DNA of 64,000 bases from Eubacteriales bacterium (GCA_045633625.1 JAZQYP010000065.1:21076-85075), one strand, 5' to 3'. Counted from the stretch's first letter, positions 43,865 to 54,291 are shown. Notes: generated by a model not told the origin, from the letters alone. Made by a program: numbers and translations.

Positions 43865-44620
43865 CTATATTTCATTTTCGATATGAGACTGATACAGTCG
43901 AAAAAACGAGCTGTAGCTTTCGTAACCGACACTCATTGCCGCGACTGTACGTGGTGTGCCTTCCTTTATCAGCTTACACGCAAGAGCAAGCTTTTTTTGC
44001 AAAATATATTGCTTAGGTGAAATATTCATTTTTTGCTCAAACAAATGGCTAAATGAGGATTTTGAGCGTGCTGTGTGCCTTGCAAGGTCGTCAAGCAGGA
44101 TCTTTTCTCCTAAATGAAGGTCAATATATTGCAATGCTTTTTGTAAAAATTCGTCAGTCTCGGCTATTTCGGGAAGCTTGCTATCATGCAAAAGATCGTA
44201 AAAGGTTTCAATGATCAAGCTGTTTACAAGCGGAGCGTAAAATTGCTTATTCTCCATTTTGCAACGCTCTTTGATCTTTTCAAGATTTTGCGAGAATCCG
44301 ATCATAGCTCCACGGGTGATCCTCAAAAATTCTTCCTTAAGCACGTCGGGTATTTCATCAATGCCAAATTGTACTGTAATTCTACGGTATATACACTTCT
44401 CGTTTGTGTTTACCGAATGGTAAAAAAGCGGGGGGATAATGATGCATTGGTTTTTTATCAAGCGGTAATTTTGGCCTTCGAGCACAACGGTAATATCGCC
44501 GTCTATCACGCCTATCATTTCGTATTGCGAATGACAATGCTTTTCCCATAATATAGGCTGATCTATCTCGCTTTCTATGTATTCAAGATTAAATGCATCG
44601 GTTTTGAAGTCATACGTCAT
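43865..44620 (-). CDS. AraC family transcriptional regulator
   Basis: N-terminal cupin-like domain plus a C-terminal double HTH (LDDLARHTARSKSSFSHLFEQKMNISPKQYI..KL..A). It is divergent from the 44749 operon. Confidence 0.88.
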   Translation of the reverse strand: MTYDFKTDAFNLEYIESEIDQPILWEKHCHSQYEMIGVIDGDITVVLEGQNYRLIKNQCIIIPPLFYHSVNTNEKCIYRRITVQFGIDEIPDVLKEEFLRITRGAMIGFSQNLEKIKERCKMENKQFYAPLVNSLIIETFYDLLHDSKLPEIAETDEFLQKALQYIDLHLGEKILLDDLARHTARSKSSFSHLFEQKMNISPKQYILQKKLALACKLIKEGTPRTVAAMSVGYESYSSFFRLYQSHIENEI

Positions 44621-44748
44621 ATCCTCACCGCCTTTCTTGGCTTATTATATCATAAGCTTGCAAGAAATGCAATGAAAAATGCAAAGATTATTATTTATAT
44701 ATCCTTTACTTTATGGTAAAATGTAATAAATAAAGGGAAGGTGAAAAA

Positions 44749-45942
44749 ATGATTGAAGGATCTTTTAGAATAGGAAATAAAGAAATTTGCAACCGAATAG
44801 TGCTGCAGCCGATGGAGGGCTGTGACTGCAATGCTGACGGAAGCCCCAGCGAGCTTACGGAGAAAAAATACATCAAGGCGGCGAAAAGTGGGGCGGGCAC
44901 CGTTTGGTTTGAGGCTAATGCGGTTTGCCCTGAGGGCAGAACAAATCCAAGGCAAATGATGCTGACAAGAGATAATTTGCCCGCGTTCAAGGCGCTTCTT
45001 GAAAAAATGAGACGCATCGCGAAGGATGAGTGTGGTATAAGTCAGATATATATTCTTCAGCTTACGCATTCGGGCAGACAAAGTATCGTGCCAATGATCG
45101 CATACCGTCACCCGATTTACGAGGAGAGACGAGCGGTCAGTGATGAAAATATTGTCAGCGACGAGTATCTCGACACACTTGCCGAGAAATATGCCGAATC
45201 GGCGCGCTTGGCAGTTGAGGCCGGTTTTGACGGGGTTGACGTAAAATCCTGTCACGGATATCTTTTTCAGGAGCTTTTGTCAGCCTTCACAAGAGAGGGA
45301 CGTTACGGTGGAAGCTTTGAGAATCGGGTAAGACTGTATTTGGATTGCTTCAGGGCGGTAAAAAATGCTATTCCGTCAAATATACTGCTGACAAGTCGTC
45401 TTAGTGTCTCCGATATGGTGCCGTATCCCTTTGGCTTTGGTACAACGGAGGACAACATACTCGATTTTGAGGAGCCCGACCGTCTGATCACGGTGCTTGT
45501 TAACGAAGGACTGCAGATGCTTAACGTAACTGTAGGAAATCCTTATTATAATCCGCACGTTAATCGTCCATACCGAAAAGGAGGATATGAGCCGCCCGAG
45601 TCTTCTGCTACGGGACTTGAGCGCTTTGAAATAATTGAGAAGCATATAAAGGAAAAATTCCCGGGGCTATGCGTGGTCGCCTCAGGCCTTTCATATTACA
45701 GAAGCGAGCTTTTCGAGAAATCGGAGCAGCTGCTTGCCGACGGTATTTGCGATCTTGTTGGCTATGGAAGAATGTGGATCGCGTACCCGAGCTTTTATAT
45801 GGATTTTAAGCGCGGAGAGTTTGACGCAAAAAAATGCTGTCTTACTTGCTCAAAATGCACGACACTGATGCGAAGTAAACAGGTGTCGGGGTGTGCAGTA
45901 TTCAATGAATACTACAGAGAGCTTTTGAAAACGGTTGAGTAA
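44749..45942 (+). CDS. NADH:flavin oxidoreductase (Old Yellow Enzyme-like TIM barrel)
   Basis: NRIVLQPME ... AGFDGVDVKSCHGYLFQELLS, the typical OYE family block. Confidence 0.75.
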   Translation: MIEGSFRIGNKEICNRIVLQPMEGCDCNADGSPSELTEKKYIKAAKSGAGTVWFEANAVCPEGRTNPRQMMLTRDNLPAFKALLEKMRRIAKDECGISQIYILQLTHSGRQSIVPMIAYRHPIYEERRAVSDENIVSDEYLDTLAEKYAESARLAVEAGFDGVDVKSCHGYLFQELLSAFTREGRYGGSFENRVRLYLDCFRAVKNAIPSNILLTSRLSVSDMVPYPFGFGTTEDNILDFEEPDRLITVLVNEGLQMLNVTVGNPYYNPHVNRPYRKGGYEPPESSATGLERFEIIEKHIKEKFPGLCVVASGLSYYRSELFEKSEQLLADGICDLVGYGRMWIAYPSFYMDFKRGEFDAKKCCLTCSKCTTLMRSKQVSGCAVFNEYYRELLKTVE

Positions 45943-45968
45943 AATTTATAAAAAGGAGCCATATATCT

Positions 45969-47780
45969 ATGTTCAAGAGATTTTTGGAGCAACATTCTTT
46001 TGCTGAGTATAAATTCAGGTCAGATATTTATCCGACGGTTGACGACCGTGCGTTTTGGGAGGAATTTCAGAATCCCGACTGTATAAAGGAAGCCGAGAGG
46101 GAGATCGATTTCGCTTGGCCGACTATTAAGGCAACCGATTTTATGGAGTTCAAAAAGAGCGGAAACCGTGTCATTATGGAAAATCCTCATTTTGCTCGCC
46201 GCGATCATCTGACACTATTTGCAATAGCTGAGCTGCAGGAGAATAAGGGACGCTTTATTCCGCAGATCGTAAACGGTATATTTGCGATCTGCGAGGAGAC
46301 CTATTGGGGACTGTCGGCGCATTGGCCTTATAGGGCATACGAGTTCGGAAACGTTCCAAGAGTTGACGAGCCCTACATAGATCTTTTTGCGGCTGAAACT
46401 GCGGAGCATCTTGCGATGATCTCGTCATTGCTTCGTGAGAGATTGACCGAGTTTTGTCCTGAAATACTTGACCGTATAGATTACGAGATTGAGAGAAGGA
46501 TCAAGGTGCCTTATCTGACGCATCGCGATTGGGATTGGATGGGATATCATCGCGCAGTTGGTAACTGGAATACGTGGATACTCTCAAATCTTCTTACCGT
46601 CTTTTTACTTACCGAGAAAAACGAGCAGAGGCTTCATAGAGCACTAAAGAAGATGTTTACCGAGATACAGGTCTATTACAATGGCGTTCCCGAGGACGGC
46701 GGCTGTGACGAGGGACCTGACTATTGGAGCAGAGCAGGATATTCCTTGTTCGATTTTGTTCGCCAGATAAAGCTTGCGACCGACGGAGAGCTTGACCTCT
46801 TCGACGATGAAAAGCTCGGACTTATTGCGGCATATCTCAAGAAGGCGCATATGGTTTCCGATCTCTTTGTAAACGTGGCGGACGCGCACGCGTCGGGGCA
46901 TGCCTCGATGTTCCCGGGACTTTTTGCTTTTGCAAGAGAAACGAAGCAAGAGGAGCTTATGAATTTCAGCGCCGCCGCCTATGATGCGGGAAAGGCAAGC
47001 TTCAGAAAACTTGTTCATACTGTCCGCAATATGCGAATACTTATTGACAGCTCTTGCTTTTTGAAGGAGATAGAGAGCTATTCCTTTACGCAACCCATCC
47101 ACGGCGCGCTTGAGCTTTTGCCAAGTATGCAGCTAGCCGTGCTCAGAGAGGGAGAGTGGGCTCTTTCCGTCAAGGGCGGACACAACAACGAGCGCCATAA
47201 TCACAATGACGTAGGAAGCATTACCTTGTACGAAGGAACGACACCCGTGCTCGTTGACGTTGGTATAGGCATCTATTCGAGATTTACCTTTGATATTGAT
47301 ACCCGTTATACGATGGTTCCGTGGACACGCTCGCGCAACCACAATCTTCCCGAGATAAACGGTGTAGAGCAAAAATTCGGTGCGGAATTTCGCGCAGATA
47401 AATTTGATGTAAAGGCGGGAAGGGCGCAGCTTTCCTTTGCCGATGCATATCCGTCGGACGCGGGAATCAAAAAGCTTGAAAGGGATATTACACTTTTTGA
47501 GGACGGAATGAGCTTTACCGATCACTTCACCTTTGCCGACACAAAAATGAGTAAGGTGAGTGAGGTGCTTGTGAGTGCGTTGCCCGTTCGCGTCGAGAAC
47601 GGTGTGGCTGTGATCGGTGAGCACTACAAAGTCAGTGCCGACTGCGGCACGGTCGCAACGGAATTTTTGCCGTTTGAGGATACTCGCCTTGAATACGATT
47701 GGAAGTGCAAGGGTGTGACCAGAATCACATTTAACGTTGAGAACGTTGAAAGTATAACTGTAAGAGTTGAAAAAATATAA
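45969..47780 (+). CDS. heparinase II/III-like protein (polysaccharide-lyase fold), no signal peptide
   Basis: 603 aa. It has an alpha/alpha-toroid-like N-terminal half and a GGHNNERHNHNDVGS block, typical of the heparinase II/III C-terminal domain. The N-terminus MFKRFLEQHSF is not a signal peptide. Confidence 0.6.
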   Translation: MFKRFLEQHSFAEYKFRSDIYPTVDDRAFWEEFQNPDCIKEAEREIDFAWPTIKATDFMEFKKSGNRVIMENPHFARRDHLTLFAIAELQENKGRFIPQIVNGIFAICEETYWGLSAHWPYRAYEFGNVPRVDEPYIDLFAAETAEHLAMISSLLRERLTEFCPEILDRIDYEIERRIKVPYLTHRDWDWMGYHRAVGNWNTWILSNLLTVFLLTEKNEQRLHRALKKMFTEIQVYYNGVPEDGGCDEGPDYWSRAGYSLFDFVRQIKLATDGELDLFDDEKLGLIAAYLKKAHMVSDLFVNVADAHASGHASMFPGLFAFARETKQEELMNFSAAAYDAGKASFRKLVHTVRNMRILIDSSCFLKEIESYSFTQPIHGALELLPSMQLAVLREGEWALSVKGGHNNERHNHNDVGSITLYEGTTPVLVDVGIGIYSRFTFDIDTRYTMVPWTRSRNHNLPEINGVEQKFGAEFRADKFDVKAGRAQLSFADAYPSDAGIKKLERDITLFEDGMSFTDHFTFADTKMSKVSEVLVSALPVRVENGVAVIGEHYKVSADCGTVATEFLPFEDTRLEYDWKCKGVTRITFNVENVESITVRVEKI

Positions 47781-47794
47781 ACGAGGAAGCTGAT

Positions 47795-48526
47795 ATGAAG
47801 ATTGCAATAGTGACGGGCGTGCTTGGCGGTATAGGAAAAGAAACTGCACTTAAGCTGTGCGCCTCAGGTTATTCGGTTGTCGGTATGGACGTGCTTGACG
47901 TCACGGATCTTTCCGAATTCAAGACATATGATTTTACATACGTAAAGGTCGATCTTGCCGATGCGGATTCGCGCGAAATGCTTGTAAGAACTGCGCGCGA
48001 GAAGGGAAGCATTTCGGTGCTTGTCAACGTGGCGGGTGTTGCGCCCAAGGTGCGACGTGATATTCTCGAGATGACCGAGGAAAGCTACGATTTCGTTATG
48101 GGGATAAATACAAAGGGGACGCTGTTTTTGACGCAGATGGTGGCAAAGCTAATGGTTGAGCAAGGAAAGGGCGGCTCTATCGTTAATATCTCCTCTTGTT
48201 CGGCATACACAAGCTCAACAAGCAGAGGAGAATATTGTATCTCCAAGGCGGGAGTTTCTATGATAACCAAGCTGTTTGCCGACAGACTCGCAAGTGAGGG
48301 TATCACTGTGAACGAGATCTGTCCCGGTATCATTGCCACAGGAATGACAGCGGCGGTTAAGGAAAAATATGACAATCTTATTGCGGGAGGTCTCGTACCG
48401 CTCGGCCGTTGGGGACAGCCCGATGATATCGCTAAAGCCGTTGTTGCGCTTTGTGATGGAACGTTTGGTTATACTACGGGACAGTCCTTCATACTTGACG
48501 GAGGAATGCATATAAGAAAGCTATGA
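47795..48526 (+). CDS. SDR family oxidoreductase
   Basis: TGVLGGIG dinucleotide motif and a YxxxK catalytic motif (YCISKAG); 243 aa. Confidence 0.88.
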   Translation: MKIAIVTGVLGGIGKETALKLCASGYSVVGMDVLDVTDLSEFKTYDFTYVKVDLADADSREMLVRTAREKGSISVLVNVAGVAPKVRRDILEMTEESYDFVMGINTKGTLFLTQMVAKLMVEQGKGGSIVNISSCSAYTSSTSRGEYCISKAGVSMITKLFADRLASEGITVNEICPGIIATGMTAAVKEKYDNLIAGGLVPLGRWGQPDDIAKAVVALCDGTFGYTTGQSFILDGGMHIRKL

Positions 48527-50322
48527 AAGAAAGATACCATACTCTGATTATAGGAACGGGCTGTGCGGGATTTAACGCAGCCGATAAGCTTTACGACCTC
48601 GGTGTTAGGGACATAGCCATCGTAACCGAGGGGCGTTTTATGGGTACGTCGAGAAATACAGGCAGCGATAAGCAGACCTACTACAAGCTCTCACTTTGCG
48701 GCTCTGACGGTGACAGCGTGCGCAAAATGGCTGACACTCTCTATTCGGGTGGCGGTGTTATGGGTGAACACGCGCTTTGTGAGGCGGCGTATTCGGCGCG
48801 TTGTTTTATGCGCCTTGTAGAGCTTGGAGTTCCTTTTCCTACAAACGAGTACGGCGAATATGCCGGATACAAAACCGACCACGATCCGAGAACGAGAGCC
48901 ACGTCCTGCGGTCCTCTTACCTCAAAATATATGACAGAGGCATTGGAACGTTCTGTTTTATCGAAAAATATCGAGATAATAGACTTCCAAAGGGTCGTTA
49001 AAATCATTACGGAGAATAACACCGTTACGGGTATTGCCTGTGTTAATACGGTAACGGGAGAATTATCGGTGATCGCTTGTCAAAACGTAATACTTTGTAC
49101 GGGCGGCCCTGCTGGTATTTACAAAAATACCGTTTATCCCGAGAGTCAGCACGGCGCAACCGGACTTGCCATTGATGCAGGAGCAATGCTCTCGAATATG
49201 GAGGAGTGGCAGTATGGCATTGCCAGCACGAAATTCCGTTGGAATCTGTCGGGTACCTATCAGCAGGTATTGCCAAGATACGTTTCGGTGGATGTGAATG
49301 GCGAGGAGCGCGAATTTCTTTATGACGCGCTGGGAGATGAGTCGCTGAGTCTTATATTTCTCAAGGGTTATCAATGGCCCTTTGATACGAGAAAAACAAG
49401 CGGATCCTCGAAAATAGACCTGCTCGTTGCCGATGAAATAAAAAAGGGGAATCGGGTTTATCTCGATTTTCTGAATAACCCGCGAGGGCTCGAGCAAGGA
49501 TTTGAGGTTCTTTCAAATGAAGCCTACGACTATCTTGAGCGATCGGGTGCGCTCTTCGGTACGCCTATCGAGCGTCTTAAAAAAATGAACGTAGGTGCTA
49601 TCGAGCTTTATGCCGATCACGGGATCGATCTTTATACCGAGGTTTTGGAGATCGCAGTTTGTGCACAGCATTGCAACGGAGGTGTTGCTGTAGACGGACA
49701 TTGGCAAAGTGACGTGCACGGATTATACGTTGCGGGTGAGGCTGCGGGCACTTTTGGCGTTTACCGTCCGGGTGGAAGTGCGCTTAACTCTACGCAGGTA
49801 GGCAGCTTGAGGGCGGCAGAGCATATAGCAAAAAAGAAGATCTTTGCTACCTTGGCGCCGTCTTACACACTGCCCACTATACAATACGGCATATCGAATA
49901 TAGAAAAAATGAGAAATGAGCTCAGGTCTGAGATGAGCTGTGTCGCAGATTTTGATAGAAGCACTGAAGGAATGAGATCTCTTTTCGATAAGCTCAACAA
50001 GCTGTATGAGAATTTCTTTGAGACGGTTGTAATTGAAGATAAGTCTCAGGTAGCCGATCTTTTTAAGCTTTATGATATGGTGCAAACTCAACGGGCAACT
50101 ATCTCCGCTATGCTTTGCTCAGCAGAGAGCATAGGAACCCACGGATCAGCATTTGTTGATCGTGCATTGGTACGGATTGGTGATGAGGTGAGAAAAACGC
50201 GCACCTTGACTAAGGGAGTTCTTTCGTATATGGACAATATCTCTCCTATGCCCGATGCTGAGCTTTGGTTTGAGACGTTGCTTGCGAGAAAGAAAGAGGA
50301 GATGGAACGTGAAGAAAAGTAA
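48523..50322 (+). CDS. FAD-dependent oxidoreductase (fumarate reductase/L-aspartate oxidase-like flavoprotein)
   Basis: The N-terminus IIGTGCAGFNAA provides GxGxxG. VAGEAAGTFGVYRPGGSALNSTQV is the FRD/SDH flavoprotein block. Its start overlaps the upstream stop (ATGA). Confidence 0.75.
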   Translation: MKERYHTLIIGTGCAGFNAADKLYDLGVRDIAIVTEGRFMGTSRNTGSDKQTYYKLSLCGSDGDSVRKMADTLYSGGGVMGEHALCEAAYSARCFMRLVELGVPFPTNEYGEYAGYKTDHDPRTRATSCGPLTSKYMTEALERSVLSKNIEIIDFQRVVKIITENNTVTGIACVNTVTGELSVIACQNVILCTGGPAGIYKNTVYPESQHGATGLAIDAGAMLSNMEEWQYGIASTKFRWNLSGTYQQVLPRYVSVDVNGEEREFLYDALGDESLSLIFLKGYQWPFDTRKTSGSSKIDLLVADEIKKGNRVYLDFLNNPRGLEQGFEVLSNEAYDYLERSGALFGTPIERLKKMNVGAIELYADHGIDLYTEVLEIAVCAQHCNGGVAVDGHWQSDVHGLYVAGEAAGTFGVYRPGGSALNSTQVGSLRAAEHIAKKKIFATLAPSYTLPTIQYGISNIEKMRNELRSEMSCVADFDRSTEGMRSLFDKLNKLYENFFETVVIEDKSQVADLFKLYDMVQTQRATISAMLCSAESIGTHGSAFVDRALVRIGDEVRKTRTLTKGVLSYMDNISPMPDAELWFETLLARKKEEMEREEK

Positions 50323-51070
50323 ATACAGCTTGGGGATCGTATCTGTTTCATTCAGAGGATATACTCCGAGAGAAATATTGGAAATAACGAAAAAAGCGGG
50401 GCTTTCCTGTATCGAATGGGGAAGTGATATCCACGCGCCTCATAACGATTTGCCTCGCTTGTATGAAATATCCGAGATGCAAAAGGAATACGGCATTTTT
50501 TGCTCGTCTTACGGAACTTATTTTCGCCTGGGCGTGACCCCGATAGGTGAATTGGAGAGCTATATAAGGGCGGCAAAAATTCTTGGTACTACGGTTCTTC
50601 GCCTTTGGGGAGGAGAAAAAAGCGGATCGCAAATGACGAATGAGGAGAAGTGTGAGATGCTGTCAGCTTGTCGTAAAGCTGCCGAAATAGCAGAGAAAAA
50701 TGAGGTAACGCTTTGCCTCGAATGTCATAAAAAAACGATCACAGAGGATCCTGACGATGCGGCTTGGCTGATGAGAGAGGTTGGCTCGCCACGTTTTCGT
50801 ATGTATTGGCAACCATTTCAATGGCAAAGTATAGCTCAAAACGTCGAAAATGCAAAAAAGATATCTTCCTTTGCCGAGCATATTCACGTTTTTAATTGGA
50901 AGGGAGAAGAAAAGCTCCCCTTGTCAGAGTCAATAACAGAGTGGCGTAGGTACCTTGAGCAGTTTTCGGCAACGCATACTCTCTTGCTCGAATTTATGCC
51001 AAAAGGAACTCTCGATGAGCTGTCGTGCGAGGCTGACGCACTTAGATTGATAATAGGAGAAAAAATATGA
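50309..51070 (+). CDS. sugar phosphate isomerase/epimerase (xylose isomerase-like TIM barrel)
   Basis: The track start at 50255 lies inside the previous gene, so I chose the GTG at 50309 with AGGAG 7 nt upstream. The LCLECHKKT and RMYWQP blocks are typical of AP-endonuclease-2/TIM family proteins. Confidence 0.7.
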   Translation: MKKSKYSLGIVSVSFRGYTPREILEITKKAGLSCIEWGSDIHAPHNDLPRLYEISEMQKEYGIFCSSYGTYFRLGVTPIGELESYIRAAKILGTTVLRLWGGEKSGSQMTNEEKCEMLSACRKAAEIAEKNEVTLCLECHKKTITEDPDDAAWLMREVGSPRFRMYWQPFQWQSIAQNVENAKKISSFAEHIHVFNWKGEEKLPLSESITEWRRYLEQFSATHTLLLEFMPKGTLDELSCEADALRLIIGEKI

Positions 51071-52068
51071 ATGCCATATTTCTTTGCGAAGAATCGGATA
51101 AAATATTTGAGGTTTTTGATCTGTCGGTCCGAACAAGGCTTTCGGAGCTTGTGAAAATAGAAGAAAAAATTTACACAAAGGCAGACGTCTTAGGCGACCC
51201 AGATCGATTTGTGGGAGTTGAATTTGTGTTCTCTACGTGGGATATGCCCGTGTTTTCCGAGGAGGAGATAAGGGCAACGCTCCCGTCGCTCAAATGCATC
51301 TTCTACGGTGCGGGAACAGTGCAAAGATTTGCCCGTCCCTTCCTTGCGTCGGGGGTCAAGGTGTTTTCGTCTTGGGCGGCTAATGCCGTTCCCGTAGCGG
51401 AGATGACGGTAGCACAGATCATACTTTCAAACAAAGGATATTTTCTTAGCAATAGGCTTTATCACCGCGAGGGCAGGGATTCTGCAAGAAGAGCATTTGA
51501 GATATGTCGCGGGAACTACGGTGAAACTGTGGGAATAATCGGTGCGGGAATGATAGGCAAGCTTGTAATAAAAATGCTCAAAGAGTATAACCTCAAGGTG
51601 CTTGTTTTCGATCCCTTCCTGCCCGATGACAAAGCCACCGAGCTTGGTGTTAAGAAATGCTCACTTGAGGAGCTTTTTGAGCGATCCTTCGTTGTGTCAA
51701 ATCATCTTGCGCATAACCCTCAAACCGTGGGAATGCTAAATTATGAGCTCTTCTCAAAAATGAGAGAGAATGCCGTTTTCATAAACACGGGCAGAGGCGC
51801 ACAGGTGGTGGAGGACGATCTTGTCCGCGTGCTTTCGGAGCGCTCCGACCTAACGGCACTTCTTGACGTGACTTACCCAGAGCCTCCCGCAGAATCGCAT
51901 CCCTTTTATACCTTGGAAAATTGCCTTATGACCCCGCATATTGCGGGAAGTGCAGGCGATGAGGTAGCGAGAATGGGAGAATTTATGCTTTGCGAGCTTG
52001 AAGCGTATCTTTCGGGTGAAGCTACTAAATATGAGGTGAGCGAGGAAATGCTGAGGACCATGGCATAG
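51067..52068 (+). CDS. D-isomer-specific 2-hydroxyacid dehydrogenase family protein
   Basis: GIIGAGMIGK Rossmann motif, plus NTGRGAQV and TPHIAGS. Its start overlaps the upstream stop (ATGA). Confidence 0.85.
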   Translation: MNAIFLCEESDKIFEVFDLSVRTRLSELVKIEEKIYTKADVLGDPDRFVGVEFVFSTWDMPVFSEEEIRATLPSLKCIFYGAGTVQRFARPFLASGVKVFSSWAANAVPVAEMTVAQIILSNKGYFLSNRLYHREGRDSARRAFEICRGNYGETVGIIGAGMIGKLVIKMLKEYNLKVLVFDPFLPDDKATELGVKKCSLEELFERSFVVSNHLAHNPQTVGMLNYELFSKMRENAVFINTGRGAQVVEDDLVRVLSERSDLTALLDVTYPEPPAESHPFYTLENCLMTPHIAGSAGDEVARMGEFMLCELEAYLSGEATKYEVSEEMLRTMA

Positions 52069-52072
52069 GAAT

Positions 52073-53767
52073 GTGAAAATGAAGGAAAAATACATAGAAT
52101 TAATGGAAAAAGCTCTTTCCGCTTACACGGACGAGCATATATTGCGATATTTTAACGACGTTAAGACAAACGGACTTAAGGAGCACGGCTTTCCGCGCCT
52201 TACGGCAAATATCGGAATACTTATAGCGCACGGCAGACGAAAGGATCTCTTGCAGATATTTCTTGAGATGATGAGCTTTTGCTGCAGGACGATACCCAAG
52301 GTCAAGGCGGCAAATAATTTTTCGGTAAGAGAAATAATAAGCTGTATTTTTGAGATCGAACGCGCTTGTGTAGTTGATAGCGCGATGACGGCTCAATGGC
52401 GGGATGACCTTGCATCAATTAAAATAGAGGATACATATAATGCATACGCGAGGACGCCTGATGACCTTGTTCGTAACTGGGCATTATTTACCGCGCTTAG
52501 CGAATACTTCAGAGAAAAGGCGGGGCTTTGCGATTCACGTGAATTTGTTGAGCTTCAGCTTTGCCAGCAGCAAAAATGGTTTGACGAAAACGGAATGTAC
52601 TGTGATGAGGAGGACAGTGAAGACCATCAGCCCATCATGTACGATCATGCCCCGCGTGGCTTGCTATCCCTTTTGCTTGATCAAGGATATAGGGGAAGAT
52701 ATTTTGTCGCTATTGACGAAAAGCTGAAAATGGCGGGGCTTTTGACGCTCAAAATGCAATCTCCGAACGGTGAGATGGCTTTTGGCGGAAGAAGTAACCA
52801 ATTTGTGCTTAATGAGCCGTGGATGATAGCCGTGCTCGAATACGAAGCAAAGCGATACAATAGAGAGGGAAATAAAGAGCTTGCGGCGCGTTTTAAGGCG
52901 GCAAGTGCACGCGCACTTGCGGTAACCGAGGAATGGCTGAAAAAAGAGCCGATCCGACATACCAAAAACCGTTTTGCTACCGAAACTCAATACGGATGCG
53001 AAAAATATGCCTATTTTGATAAGTATATGATCACGGTTGCTTCAAATCTATACGTGGATTATCTCATATGTGACGATACGATCCCTTATGAGGAGTGCGA
53101 TGATCTTGATACCTGCGTGGCAGAAACGAGCCGATATTTTCATAAGCTTTTTATGAAATCGGGTGGATACGGCGCTCAGCTCGATCTTGGCGCCGATCCC
53201 GAATACGATGCCAACGGCCTTGGCAGAGTTCACCGCATCGGAGCACCTTCGGCAATTTGCTTGTCGTGTCCCTGTCCCCCAAGACCCGCTTACGTTGTTG
53301 ATATCCCCGAGCCTTTTGCTTTCTCGCTTTCATCGGCAATAGAAACTGATGGGGTGTGGCATTTTGGCGCGGAGGAGGGCTGCACCTATGAGCTCATAGA
53401 GCATACATCCTACGAAAATTCTGCCACGGCAAGAGTAGCTTGCTGTTTTGGTAATAAAAAAATACAGGAAGAATATTACGTTAGTCGCGACGGAATCGAA
53501 GTGACTGTTTTGGGTGAAGGAAAGCTTGGATATGCATTGCCCGCATTCTGTTTTGACGGAGAAGAATATACCCAAATATCGGTAGATGAGCATTCACTAA
53601 GCATATTTTACAATGGATGGGTATGTCGCTATACTACAAGCGGAAAAATTACAGAGCTTGATAGAATTGCGGCAAACCGTAACGGTCATTACCGTGCTTT
53701 TGTGGCGGAGGGTAGGGATAGCTTTAATGTGAAGATAGAGATTGAAAATTCCGATCAAAGTCATTAA
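52073..53767 (+). CDS. hypothetical protein, 564 aa (possibly a second lyase/glycosidase-like alpha-toroid + beta-sandwich protein)
   Basis: Last gene of the tightly packed operon, with no signal peptide. The fold guess rests only on length and on composition similar to the 45969 product. Confidence 0.55.
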   Translation: MKMKEKYIELMEKALSAYTDEHILRYFNDVKTNGLKEHGFPRLTANIGILIAHGRRKDLLQIFLEMMSFCCRTIPKVKAANNFSVREIISCIFEIERACVVDSAMTAQWRDDLASIKIEDTYNAYARTPDDLVRNWALFTALSEYFREKAGLCDSREFVELQLCQQQKWFDENGMYCDEEDSEDHQPIMYDHAPRGLLSLLLDQGYRGRYFVAIDEKLKMAGLLTLKMQSPNGEMAFGGRSNQFVLNEPWMIAVLEYEAKRYNREGNKELAARFKAASARALAVTEEWLKKEPIRHTKNRFATETQYGCEKYAYFDKYMITVASNLYVDYLICDDTIPYEECDDLDTCVAETSRYFHKLFMKSGGYGAQLDLGADPEYDANGLGRVHRIGAPSAICLSCPCPPRPAYVVDIPEPFAFSLSSAIETDGVWHFGAEEGCTYELIEHTSYENSATARVACCFGNKKIQEEYYVSRDGIEVTVLGEGKLGYALPAFCFDGEEYTQISVDEHSLSIFYNGWVCRYTTSGKITELDRIAANRNGHYRAFVAEGRDSFNVKIEIENSDQSH

Positions 53768-53802
53768 AGAGCGAACCTAAAAACAAAAATATCCAAAAAG
53801 CC

Positions 53803-53831
53803 TTGAATAATGTTCGTAGTTGTGATAAAAT
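53803..53831 (+). promoter_or_regulatory. promoter of the DtxR-type regulator gene
   Basis: TTGAAT (53803..53808), a 17-nt spacer, then TGaTAAAAT (53823..53831). Confidence 0.5.
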
Positions 53832-53871
53832 AAATCACAGATACAAAATAAAAAAGAAAGGCAGGGATAGT

Positions 53872-54246
53872 ATGTCACGTACAACGGAATCGCTTGAGAT
53901 GTATCTTGAAACAATACTCGTGCTTGAAAATACCTTGGGAAAGGTGCGCTCCATCGACGTGGCTCACAAGACCGGATACTCCAAGCCCAGTATCAGCCGT
54001 GCTATGAAGCTTCTTGTAAACGATTTTTGCATTGAGATAGATGGCGACGGACATATTACGCTTACCGAAAAGGGTAAGGACATCGCGCAAAAGATATTTG
54101 AGCGTCACAAGGTGATTAGCGAGTTCTTTGTGTCAATTGGTGTTAGCGAGGATAATGCGACCGAGGATGCTTGCCGTATCGAGCACGTCATTAGCGACGA
54201 GAGCTTTGACTGCCTGCGCAGATATATCGAAAAAGATAAAAAATAA
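53872..54246 (+). CDS. DtxR/MntR family metal-dependent transcriptional regulator
   Basis: The track start at 53803 is trimmed to the ATG at 53872. It has ESLEMYLETI, the winged HTH SIDVAHKTGYSKPSISRAMKLL, and the metal/dimerisation helix (RHKVISEFF...ATEDACRIEHV). 124 aa. Confidence 0.85.
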   Translation: MSRTTESLEMYLETILVLENTLGKVRSIDVAHKTGYSKPSISRAMKLLVNDFCIEIDGDGHITLTEKGKDIAQKIFERHKVISEFFVSIGVSEDNATEDACRIEHVISDESFDCLRRYIEKDKK

Positions 54247-54256
54247 GAAAAAAGTG

Positions 54257-54285
54257 TTGACAAAGCACTAAAAAGTGAGTATAAT
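54257..54285 (+). promoter_or_regulatory. promoter of the trpB T-box leader
   Basis: TTGACA (54257..54262), a 17-nt spacer, then TATAAT (54280..54285). Confidence 0.6.
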
Positions 54286-54291
54286 GCTTTT

